A DNA stretch of 64,000 bases. It comes from Dicyema japonicum. Lineage: Eukaryota; Animalia; Dicyemida. Where the stretch lies: assembly GCA_011109175.1 (NCBI GenBank), contig RDEW01000004.1:1569591-1633590 (forward strand), given 5' to 3'. Under the pieces are notes generated by a model, which was not told the origin of the DNA, did not search any database, and was given only the letters and a program-made list of their open reading frames with translations. The position numbers and the translations under genes were made by a program. This document shows, one piece after another, positions 52,460-64,000 of this stretch. Within the stretch, counting starts at the first letter, position 1. The number at the start of each line of letters is the position of its first letter.

Positions 52460-54800
52460 CCAACATCGACTATCTCGGACACTCAGAGATTAAGAAGCGC
52501 GATCCGTCGAAAACTTTCGGAAGGTGGTATTCGTGCTGCGGTGAGGATCCTTGCAGATCAGCAATGTATAATTGAGCCGTCCTAACAGTCCTACGCATCA
52601 CTTGTTGAGCGACACCCAAGTCTTCCCAATGACCACCGGGTTCCCCTTGCCCAGGACAATTACCCAATCTGCTTGTCTCTGAAGAGGACGTAAAAGATGG
52701 GATCCTCTCTTTCGTCCCGAGTAGCAGTGGAGGACTAGATGGGCTCCGTCCGGGTCAATCAAAGATCTCATTGCTCATAACACGGGCAACTCTGGGGTCC
52801 GGCTCGTGTTGGCTATCACCAAACTAATGAACAGGATGCTATCAGGGACACTACCAGAAACAATTCGACACGTAATGTTCTCCGCAAAGTTAATCGCATT
52901 CGACAAGAAGGGAGGTGGAATACGCCCTATTGCAGTCGGAATGGTCTTCCGTCGGTTGGCATCAAAGCTTGTATGCAGAGCAATCCTACCTACGCTGATA
53001 ACACAGCTGCAACCAACCCAAATAGGGGTCGGCACACCGGGGGTTGTGAAGCGGCAGTTCATGCATTCACCGAAAAGAACGTGAACATTCCTCACGTAAT
53101 CGTCAAAATTGACATTAAAAATGCCTTCAACTCGATACGACGTGATACAATTCTGGAGGATTGCTTCACATACTACCCATCAGTGTACAGCTATATTCAT
53201 AGTTCGTACGGAAAACCATCCAGTCTGGTACATGGCCAATATTACATTCCATCGTCTTCTGGAGTCCAACAAGGAGACCCACTGGGGCCCGCCTTGTTCA
53301 GCCTGGGAATTGCCCGTATCACAGGATACTGCTCCACTCCTCTGAGAGTATGGTATTTGGATGATTGCACCATGGGCGGCCATCCGAAGGATGTACTAGA
53401 TTGTTTGAAAAGTCTGATAGTACAATTGGAATCCCTATGCCTAACTCTAAACACCAATAAGTGTGAAGTAACCAATTTTGGATTTCCACAGTCTGAATGG
53501 GATCTGATCCTTGGTATGTTCAGAGAGATCATTCCGAAAGCCACAGAAACCAAATCAGAAGAACTGGAAATACTTGGATGCCCTCTTACTGATGCTGGAA
53601 TCAGTAACACTCTAAGAACAAAAGAACATCAACTAAAAACAACATTCAGACGTCTGGAGATGCTGGACGCACACACCTCCCTATTCCTCCTGAGAAACGC
53701 CTTATCAGCACAGAAACTGAACTACGTTCTTCGGGGGGCACCCTGCTACTTGAAAATGCAACAGCTCGATGCTATCGATTCCCTCTTCCGGAGTACTATT
53801 GAACGTATCACAAATGTGAAATTTGACGACCAAGGGTGGGACCAAGCGACCCTACCCGTTAGCCTGGGCGGACTGGGAATCCTTTCAACGAAAGATCTGG
53901 CTTGCCCTGCTTATCTATCCTCTTTGGGCTCCAGCCGACTGCTGGTCAGGATGATTCTCCAACTCCAAACAGAATCATCTGAAATCACAGAGATGGAGCA
54001 TTTGAAGGGGATGAAGATCGTTACAGGACCATCTGCGAGGATAAATATGAGAGGCTTCTGAACCAATCAAACAAACACAGACGTGCATGTCTAGTCAATG
54101 GAAGATGCGAATCGAGTGGCACATGGATCAATGCACTCCCAGTTGGCAGTGTCGGGACCCATCTTGACGACGATACTGTCCGCATCGGCATCTCCACCAG
54201 ACTTGGACTGGAGATTTGCCGGACCCACAAATTCCGATGTGGCGCAACCGTCGATTGTTATGGACTCCATGCCCTCTCTTGTCGAAGGAGTGCAGGACGA
54301 TTCTCAAGACACAAGGCGATCAACGGAATTGTCAAGCGAGCCCTGGAGTCTGCGGGATACCCAGCCATACTAGAACCTGTTGGTCTGGACAGAGGAGACG
54401 GAAAACGTCCAGACGGGATCACAATTTTCCCATTCGAAGAGGGGAAACCTTTGGTCTGGGACGCTACTTGTGTCGACACGCTTTGCCCGTCCAACATTGT
54501 CGGGGGCGCGGTAGATACACTGTATTCCGCGGAAAAAACGATGATGGCAAAGGAGAAGAAGTACGAAGCGCTACGCGACCGATTCGCGTTTTATCCGATA
54601 GTGGTCGAGACAACTGGAGGAAATAAGTGGAAAATCACTTCGCTTCCTAAAGAAACTTGGACGCTTAGCTACACTAAAAAGCCACGACGCACGTGAGACC
54701 CGGTGGCTACTCCAGTTGATCTCTGTTGCAATCGTGAGAGGCAACGCAACGTCGATAATGTCGGCGGGGTCCACTTTGGATGGATGGCAGTTTTAAATAT
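52460..54800 (+). mobile_element. Best-preserved CRE-like RLE retrotransposon, 5-prime truncated and frameshifted
   Basis: KLSEGGIRAAVRIL, IRPIAVGMVFRRL, DIKNAFNSIRRD, GVQQGDPLGP, WYLDD, CGATVDCYGLHALSCRR, RPDGITIFPF and VWDATCVD. Confidence 0.9.
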
Positions 54801-55394
54801 GCTTTACTGGGGATAAATTAACTGATTATTTAAATTATATCAGAATATATAATTTATTATTGTTGAACGTGATATCTCTCGCGGAATTCTATAATTTTAA
54901 TGGAAACTTATGCATTCTCAAGAATATAACTACTCAACACCTCGTTTACCCTAGAGAACAATGACAGCTCAAGTCTTCAATGGTCATGAGAACATACGAT
55001 TTTTAATTAGTTCATGCTCGTTATTATTATTATTATTAACCACAGGCATGCAATGGTAAGCCAGCACAAACAGTCATAAATAATTTATCCAAAAAAGGAA
55101 CCAAAGGGAAAACATCTGCTTTGCCGACCAAATCCATCTTCCAATAATTCATTACAGGCTTCCGCTTACGAAGAGAAATGGAGAAAAAAGTCTGTCCTCT
55201 TCCACTTCGTTGCATGTCCTACCGTCGCGGACATCACTTCATTCTTAGGCGGAATAGTTTTCATAATTTAATCTTCACAAGAAAAGTTGGTCAAGGAAAG
55301 GTAGGAAGATCCCTTTCAATTACTGTGTCGTGTAAAAAAATTCATCCCCTCACGGGTGGGATCTGTTTGATAAGAATTGACCTTTGCTGAAAAC

Positions 55395-55462
55395 TCCATC
55401 TTTCGGATTTAAACCCACGACCTTCAGATCCGATGTCATAAGACGTTACGTTTAGCCAGCTC
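55395..55462 (-). pseudogene. Degenerate tRNA-Arg(TCG)-like sequence or tRNA-derived SINE head
   Basis: gacatcggatctgaaggtcgtgggtttaaatcc resembles the Arg-TCG anticodon and T arms; stems are broken and the B box has decayed (GTTTAAATCC). Confidence 0.4.
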
Positions 55463-55619
55463 GTAATAAAATTTATTAATAATTCATGCTCGTAATAAAA
55501 TTTATTAATAATTCTACCTATTTTTAATTTTAGTAAAATAACCTGTAAATAATTTTTATAAAAATTCTTGAATGTTTTTAAATTAGACACGCATTATTTC
55601 GTTTAGATGAAGTGGTCTA

Positions 55620-57306
55620 ATAAAACTTTTCAATGTTTTCAGGATTTAGCAGAAAATCCAGATCTTATAACTGAATCAACAAAACATTTACTAAAAGTTT
55701 CNGAGACCATTGGGAAGTGAACCAGTTAACCACAAGTTAAATTAGCGATGATCAATGAATGACCTAAATTTTGCTAAATATGGTTTTATCTAAGATAGCT
55801 AATGTTGTGATCGGTTTCGTCAAAAGAATCAAATATTATGAAAATTTTAGCGATCAGAAATAATTGTGCAAATCCTTCAGGAATAAGTATGCGACTTTGC
55901 GTTGCTGCAAATCTAAGTTTCTGAGCACATCTCAGAAGGAGCGAAATGGAGAAGGTGGAGATTTATTCTGTCCATCAAGCATTATTACTTAAACATAAAT
56001 AATTTATAAAAATACCTTGTAGTGATAAGTTTAATTCATTAAAAATACTAAATATGTCATATAATATAGTTTAAGCATGAAAATATCGTTGTTAAATAAA
56101 TCGGCAAATTCGGTCGACCAAATATCTCGTAAAGATTAACTAATTGCACTTGACAGCTCGGCAACCCTCTTGATAACCAACGTACTTCAGTATGAAATAA
56201 AAGCACTGAATGATATGTTCCTAATTCTTCACAGAGTATATTAAAAAGTCGATGATTTGTAGCCCTACCTCGAATCAAATTCACAACCTTGATTTTGAAT
56301 CAAGTACATTTTTTAACTCAAATGGCAGAGTTTTTGTAGCGAGTGCATATTTATGAATGACGCAGTGTTTCGTAAAATTACATGTGTTGCTACTTCTTTC
56401 ACCAATGTAACAAAACCAGAACAATGTCCTATCATAGCTGGTGACCAACTTTATCCCAGTGAATACAATTGTCACGTAAGAAGCCAGAAAGCAAATCAGT
56501 TAATTCCAAACAAAATAAAAACTCGTCATGAATAGATTCCATGTCGACAAAACGAACAAATGCAACCAACTGATTTATAGATGTTATATCGGTAGATTCA
56601 TCCAATTGTATACTAATTCTGCATGGGTTTTATTTTCATAACAAGTTGTTCCAAAACATTAAAGACATGTCTCGTATTCGATTAGTAATCGTGTCATTAG
56701 ATAAAAGGTACATTTTTCATTTTTGTGCGGCATCTTTATCGAGAAATATTCTTGCTATTGTCAATGAGGCAGGTTTTATTTAATTTTTTCAGAAGAGTGA
56801 GATACTTTGTTTTTGGCAATAATTAAGGATATCTAAAATAAATGCTTCAATTATTAATAACTATATGAAGCTACCAGACATGGTTTATCTATTAATCTAA
56901 TTCCGAAATTACTATGTTTTCCAGATTTATCATATTTAGTTCTCTTTGCAATAAAACTTTCGACAGTGCCAACATTTTTTGGGTGAGTTTTTTCCTTATG
57001 TCTTTTTAATTGTGACGGTCTTTTTAAATTTTTCTTTTTATGACTTCGCACATCATACACTGCGCTTTATCGACGTTGTCAGATCCAGTATATTGGGTAA
57101 ATCCATATTGGACATAAGAATCAATCCATTTGCGATTAACCATTACAATCAAATAACAAAAAAACACGTGGATTAAAATTAATTAAATATTCTAATGCGA
57201 ATAAATAATAAAAATTAAATAATTTTTTTAGTCATAAAAATTAATTGACCTGAAAATATTTCTGGGGACCACCTAAAATTTTCTGGGGACCACTTAAGAA
57301 ACACTG
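55620..57306 (-). mobile_element. Decayed Buster/SPIN-type hAT transposon (ZBED8/FAM200-like transposase); one terminus preserved
   Basis: HCVIHKYALATKTLP, NLIRGRATNHRLF and LLFHTEVRWLSRG; terminus CAGTGTTTCTTAAGTGGTCCCCAG with a duplicated subterminal ttctggggaccac; the second TIR was not found. Confidence 0.85.
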
Positions 57307-57879
57307 ATCTAATAAATCAATCTTGTAATTGCCATGATCGGTACACGTGTTAATTCTTTACCTAAAGTCTCAAGTTTTTTATTAAGAAAAACACCACGGA
57401 TATTGATCAAAACGAAATAAATTATGGAAAATTAAAAATCTTTATTCACTAGTTTAAATCGAGTGGATCTTCTAAGATAGGATCCTTGGGAGAACATGTC
57501 CTAACATTGTGGATGAATGGCCCATGAATCTTTTTTGAATGGGCATGCTGTTCATATTAAATTAGTATTTCTGAAAATATTCAATTTATAGTCCACTTAA
57601 TTCACGTTTGAAAAAACTATTTTTTTTAAGGATTATTAAGTTTTGATAATTTTTTTTAAATTGCCGCTAATTAATCACTTTATATTTAATTGCCTTTAAA
57701 GTAAGTGTTTGCAAATTTTTTGTAATAACTTTTATAATTGATTATTGGTTTTTATTTTTACAAATTAAAACTATTTTCTGTTTCCTAACATGTGGTCACT
57801 TTTTGTAAAATTACTTTTAACTAAAATCATTAAAAATAATTTAGAAATTTTATTTAATTTTACAAAAATATATTTGCTG

Positions 57880-58275
57880 ATGCAGAAAAGTTCCGGAAGA
57901 GTACCACGTCACGCCGTTCTGAAAGATGTTATCGTTCAGACAGGCTTCCCATCACAGCTTGAACCCGTGAGTTTGGATCGAGACACGAAGCTGGAACCTC
58001 CTTTAATCGATTCAGACATTTGGAGCAGCTGTTTCAATAGCTGAAACCCTAAAAATCAAAAAATATTATTGCCTCGGAGACCGGTACTGCTTTACTCCTG
58101 TTGCGGTCGAGTCATCAGGGGCCGTTGGTTTAATGACGGCTGAGTTCTTGCGAGAACTTGGAGAAAAGAGGGATCAACGATAAGAGTTCTGGCTTAGAAG
58201 AAGGATTGGAGTAGCCATACTCCAAAGGGAACTCATCTACACAGCAGGATTCCTCAATTAACATTTGTTTCTTTA
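57880..58275 (+). mobile_element. CRE-like RLE 3-prime fragment
   Basis: GRVPRHAVL..LEPVSLDRD and FTPVAVESSGAVG; matches the 14.1-14.3 kb insert. Confidence 0.75.
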
Positions 58276-58289
58276 TCAACTTTAAACCC

Positions 58290-58700
58290 CACTTTGTTTA
58301 ACCAACAATAAAAAATTAATATTTAATAATCAACAACCTTCCTCGCCTGCCTGTTCGCCAGCCTCCTCAGGCAAGTTCGATTCTGCCTTGTCCAATTGAA
58401 TCCTCTGCCCATATGGGATCTCTGGGCTCTGCCTCCTAAACTCCACTGTCATGCTCTCTAGGGTCCGCTTTAATACAGTAGATAGGCCTTGAGATTCCTA
58501 TCTACCCCCAACTGCTTCAGATAACCCTTGTGGTACTTTTTGCAATTTTTTCCCACGTCATTTCTATAGAAATAACAAGGACCTTGCAACCAAGCATCTG
58601 CCCCATCTCGTTTGCAAGCAAGTCATACTTCCTTTTTTCTCCACCTCCACAGCCTGCAAACGGTGTTGAGACGTGATGCCAACCTCTATGATAAGAAATT
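58290..58700 (-). mobile_element. 5-prime-truncated copy of the 29.6-33.0 kb R4/Dong element
   Basis: EKRKYDLLANEMGQMLGCKVLVI and a 3-prime UTR matching about 32570-33000. Confidence 0.9.
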
Positions 58701-60619
58701 GGGTAGACTCCATATTGTGTACCACACAAAATAAAATTAATTCAGACAACGAGTCCTTCTGGCACAAAACAGTTGTTGAAAGAATCTTCCTACCCTCTCC
58801 TTGACAAAATCCGTTGGTGAAGATTTTCCGTTATGAAAGATAATTAAAAAGGAAAAGGGTGCGCCTACCTCTCAACCTCTCAATTGACTATCGGAGGATT
58901 AAATTGGCACAAACAGACATTCTTTTTTGCGTTCCTTCCATAGATTGACAGAGAAATTTTGTGGAACAGTAATACAATTGCCTGACGCTTACAGGTCACT
59001 TTCGATGTCATTGACCCAAGTGATCTTAAGAAAGAGAAAACTTTACATTTCTCGACGATAACCGACTGCGCGTGCAATCTTGTAAAGAGGCTGATCGCAT
59101 TTTTATATTTTAGAGTTCATGGTGGAATGCATAATGAAGCAGCACGAAGGGTTCAGAAGACCCTCGACATTATGAACCCATGGTTTCTCAAAAACCACAT
59201 GAAAATATCCCCTGGTAAGTCGAGCACTGCGAGTATCTCCTTCTACAAGAAACATACATCTTTCGATCCTAAATTAACTTGAAATGGAGAGCTTATCCCA
59301 GTTAATAAGAACCCATCAATCCTTAAAGTTACATATTACCCGTTGATGATGTTCACACATCATGTGGACACATTAATTTCAAGAGTTCAANCATTTTAAC
59401 CTCTGAATTTTAAGCTTTTATTTCACTGTTCAAATTCGAAGTCGGAGATTTCCTCCTATGTTTTGGCCTATTTGTTTCTAGATGGTCCATTTTCGGAAAA
59501 AAAGGTTTGCATTACCAGCCATCCAGAATAATTATCCCTTTTATTCTCAACGAGTCTGAAATCTAACAAGTGGATTCAATTTTCTTCGCTTTTGCGAACG
59601 ATAACAGATTGCTTCCATCAGTCAGCAGTAGTCCCTCAGTATAACGAGATATTCAACCCTCTACAAATTCTTTAAAGTGAAGAACGGTATGGGTACAGAA
59701 AATCAGTGAGACTTGGATGAACTTTTAAAATTTTGCCGTGTCTTCAATGCGGAATAGTTAAGGTTGAATAAATGCCTAGGATAAATGAAATGATTCCAAA
59801 GACCAAGAGTGAAACCAAACTAACTAATCTCGTGATCCTAACGTGTACCAGTAAACGCTTTATCTAGGCTGGTCGAACCAGAACTCGACTTTAGGGAGCT
59901 TGGATGAAGAGATGGATTTCTTTAAATGCCGGTCTCCAATGTAAGGTAGATTCAATGATGAGATGCTAGAAACAAACTAAATTATTTAGAACATTCTATA
60001 ATTAATAACTGATTTATTTTTATTTACTCCCGGTCTCTTCAAGTGAAGAATACTGGTGTCTAACAAAAACGTCACAGCCATGATCGTACGCTCCCAGAAA
60101 TCTCATGACGATATTTGGTTCTGTAGAGAACTAGTAGGTGGATCCGGACAAGTAAAATGTGACCCGTCTTCAAGAAAATATGATGGTCATATTAGAGAGC
60201 AAATGCGTACTCTAAAAATACGATTATCCAATCCTGTACAGATTTGAATGTAATTTCAAGTGATGACCAGAACGTTCCCACGTCGAAATAGGACGTAGCG
60301 TGTGGAAACCAACCCACAGCTAAATGCGACGTAAGCAACAAAGTTAAACAGTAAGCTACTTAATCAACACTAACCACTACGTTTGGAAGTAGCAATCAAA
60401 CAGAAAAATGATTAAACAGCTCTCTTTAGTTGTACAAAAATTAATTTTAAATATCCAAATTTAGTCACGTGGCCAAGTAACGAGCCAAATTATAGATTTT
60501 AATTTCGAAAATATGTTTTTGAGGGTAAATTATAAATTTTTAGATTTTCTATTATTTTAAATTATTTATTTAATACAACTTGAGTGACGTAAGAAGTTGC
60601 CGTATTTGTTGGTCATAAA

Positions 60620-62650
60620 GTTCAATATTAATTAATCCTATATAACAGTTAGGGACATTGCGTATTCATTTATTGCGCGAAATAAGTTCACAGAATTTAA
60701 CTTTGTTTTTAAAAGCATGGTTACTCTCTTCTTAACATTTTCAAGTATGGATTCCATAACTTTGCTTTTAAAAACATTACTTCCCTCATTTTCAAAAACA
60801 CCCAAATATCGATATCCACTGACTCCTTCCAGAGTCTCACAACATGATAACGATTTTACATTAGAAAATGACTTTTCCGAATTCATCTCCAAGCCAGCAA
60901 CATTAAAGAAATTGCGAACAAATTTCATCAGTTTAATAACAGTATCTTCCTTTACCCCAAATATCTTTAGGTCATCAATGAACAACAAATGATTTGTAGA
61001 ATAAGTCAGTGTATTAGTATCCTCCTGAGTAATTTGGAGTCTTGGGAACATAGAGTTAAGGGTCCTGCTCAAGGGTTCCATTATCATAACAAATAGTTGA
61101 GGGGATAATGAATCTCCTTGCAGAATTCCACGTCCCAGTTTTACAGAACCAATTTTTCTTCCATCTAAGTGGAGATCTACAGTCCATTTCTTGACTATGG
61201 TAATACAAAGTTAACAATCCAACGAAGTATTTCTGAACAGACCAATACATGAAATAAAAATTCATGGTCAACAGAATCAGAGGCCTTCTTCACATCAACC
61301 CAAGCAGAATAAAAGGCGTTTCCAAATTCCTTATTTAAGCATTGATTAATAAGGGCCTGTTCCTTAGCGTCCTGACAAGGGTTCCTCGTTCCCAGCTGAT
61401 TGTCAGATAATAGCCCAAACGAATCCACAAAATCTGAGAGTTTAAGTTTATATAATTTTGGCATACACGTTATAAGACGTAAGTCTTTAAAAGTCTCACA
61501 ATCATCCTTTTTAGTAATTAAATAGGTTATTCCAGTATAAAACCAACTTTCAGGCATATATTCGCCATTAATAATTCGGTTAATCTCAGAACATAAATAG
61601 CAATGTAAAGATTCCATTTTCTTAATAAAGAAATTATATGACCCATCCACACGCCTTCCAATCGGGAAGCTATTTAATAACATCCAAGATAAACTAATTT
61701 GTGAACTCTGGGAACATGTCTTCAACACAGTATTTACTTTACCCACACTGTCAAAAGAAACGTACATCTCTTTTCTTTAAGACCACACTTTTTCCTAGAA
61801 CGACATACAATCCTCATCATCGAAACCATATAACGTTACATCATGCTTGCTGATATGTTCCGATAAAATCTTCTACGATTTAATTCTAAACAACAGTTGT
61901 CCTTGCAAAAGTCCTACTTGAATAATATACAGCTAGTTGCTTCTTCTTAATTCTGACAAGGTCACATTGTAGNTCTCATAATTCATAAGTACATGAGAAA
62001 AATCATATGCTTTCGGTTCATCTCAGCAGCTAATCACTCCGCTTAAGGTTCCATTCTCCCATCTCATAATTCATAAGTACATGAGAAAATCATATGCTTT
62101 CCGGTTCATCTCAGCAGCTAATCACTCCGCTTAAGGTTCTAAGCATCCTACAACAAAACATCAACATCCTACGAAGCATTGAATGAAATCACCTCTTTTA
62201 TGAATTCGAATAACTTGGATATCACTTCCTTACAAAAAATCAAACCTCCTCCTAACAAACTACCCAACTATACCTAGCTATTTCTACACGAACACGATGG
62301 TGGTCTATTAACTATAATCACTAACAAAATAAAGTTTAGAGTTACTGCTGAAGAATTCCCTAATTAATAACAAGATTATAAGGATGACATACATCCTAAT
62401 CACCCAAACTCACACCAGAAGCTCTAGAGATCTGGTGACTCTTCCACTTCTCAAGACATCAGTTTTTGCGCTCATAACCTCTCATAGATGCAGTATAAAA
62501 GGTCTTATATAATCTCTACTCAGACCAGAATTTGATCCAATACAAGCCTCTTCGGCTTTCTCGATTGCCAAGATTAGCTTTTGCAAACTACAAAAATGCA
62601 AAAAAAAGCATTGACGACGTAGAATGTGAAATTGCTAATTTTGACGTCAC
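60620..62650 (-). mobile_element. Older R4/Dong-like element with a roughly 78-bp tandem duplication (61974-62051 and 62062-62139)
   Basis: QLGTR..QDAKEQALIN, WVDVKKASDSVDH, TNHLLFIDDLKIF and KTKLNSVNLFRAINEYAMSL. Confidence 0.85.
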
Positions 62651-63199
62651 ATTTTCATTAAAGTATTGATTAAAACTCAAAATTGCCGCATTTTTTGTGA
62701 CCATCAACATTCGTTGTGGTAAATTGTAGGTAACAGTGGGGGATCCTTACTCAATAGTCGCACGAGTAATGTAGTTCTTCTTACAAAACTCCATCTTTGT
62801 CAGAGATACGAATTTGGAGAATAGAGATACGAAGGATTTGATTTTGCAACCTTTATTAATGATGAAGTCCTACATAAGAACAATGAATCGGATCTTTAAT
62901 TAAAACTCAGTCGTCTAGATTTTTAAGTTATCAAAAACCTGAGGAAGATGGAATTTCCTCACGGTAACGTTTAGTATGTGTTGTTTCCATATTTATAAAT
63001 GGGAAACTCTTACTTTGATTACCAAAAAAAAACATTAGAAAAAAAATTTGATTAAAAGATTGCTCAAGTGTATATTCTGTTCACCGTCAGTTCTAGGCTC
63101 TGTCTCAAAGTTTTTCTTGAGGTTCGCACCTCTACTAAGGGATCCTCACTCCGATATTGGAGAGATGATTTATTAAGTGGCTTAATGAATTAAGAATGA

Positions 63200-63830
63200 A
63201 ATGGTAGTTATCAATGAGAAATTCGTACTTTAGGATTTTCCCAACCATCCGCTGAGTCTGCCACGTTTCCAGGTGAGTGTGTCGTCGTCAGCTATCTGAA
63301 CCAGAAAAGGTGTCAAATATATTTGTCTTCCCAACAAGTGATTACCAGCAGGTATTGAAATAATGAATCTAACTGACCTCTTCCAATCGTCTCTCGTGTA
63401 TCCTATGGGTTCCAATTGGGCTAGAAACTCCACGGTTATGAGGAGATGTAGATCAACGACATTGAGAGCTGCGTGACACACTGCGTTGACAAAGAGAGGA
63501 TGTAGACCTTCGGTGTCGACGTTCCTCCACAATGGCATATGTGTCCCTGACATATATCCAATCCGTCACAGTGCCACTCCGAACCTCCGGCTATTCCTGT
63601 CAAAGAGTGTTCCGAAGACGAGCATTGTAGTATTTCAAGTCGGGCCCATTTCTGCAATGCGTAACCGACATGATACATACACTCCCGTGATGGTTAGTTA
63701 TTTACTCTTCGCTTTCCAGCGTCCTTTTACTTTCAATGAAGTCTCAGCCTCCCTGGCTAGCAGCTTCCAAGTGGGACCATAGCCCGAGTACCCCCATTGG
63801 CAATGTTATTCAAACAACTTAGACCAGCAC
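63200..63830 (-). mobile_element. CRE-like RT C-terminal and knuckle fragment
   Basis: DICQGHICHCGG.. and LEPIG motifs as in the other CRE copies. Confidence 0.7.
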
Positions 63831-64000
63831 CTAACAGATTTTGTTCCCCAACAAAACCATTGAGAATTTGTTATAAAGAGACTTAATGTGTATTTTTTAA
63901 GCACGTGTTAAAAGAAAAAAAAATTAGCAGTATCGTTTATTCAGGAAGGTGTTTTGTATTAATAAATAAATAGGAAACGCGGATATTGGGTGATCTTGAT

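Overview
Eukaryotic nuclear DNA: AT-rich, standard genetic code. Compact host genes with ultra-short spliceosomal introns (mostly 19-31 nt) sit in small islands within an intergenic space dominated by transposons. Host genes recognised from motifs after manual splicing: SPCS2, RECQL5, CDIPT (PI synthase), arginine kinase, SEC13, REEP5/YOP1, PUF60, EIF3L, two unassigned spliced ORFs, and one tRNA-Val(CAC). The gene set and intron size suggest a reduced animal parasite such as a dicyemid or myxozoan (inference only). Mobile DNA: many CRE-like and R4/Dong-like RLE retrotransposons, ORF1-less Vingi/Ingi-like APE LINEs, RTE remnants, a Buster-type hAT and a Ginger2-like DNA transposon. Several nested insertions can be reconstructed exactly from target-site duplications (TSDs). 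Most notable: (1) a minimal LINE architecture of decayed HDV-like ribozyme fold, 2A StopGo motif, APE-RT and a covarying 3-prime hairpin; (2) a Ginger element whose integrase carries host-sized 24 and 26 nt introns; (3) a near-intact R4/Dong element resembling microsporidian families; (4) PUF60 holding the two longest introns found, one with a candidate poison acceptor. Most host genes carry single-base indels, mainly in homopolymers, and the sequence contains n bases, so base-level oddities may be consensus errors. No searches or computations were run; family assignments come from recalled motifs, and TE fragment boundaries without a TSD are approximate.
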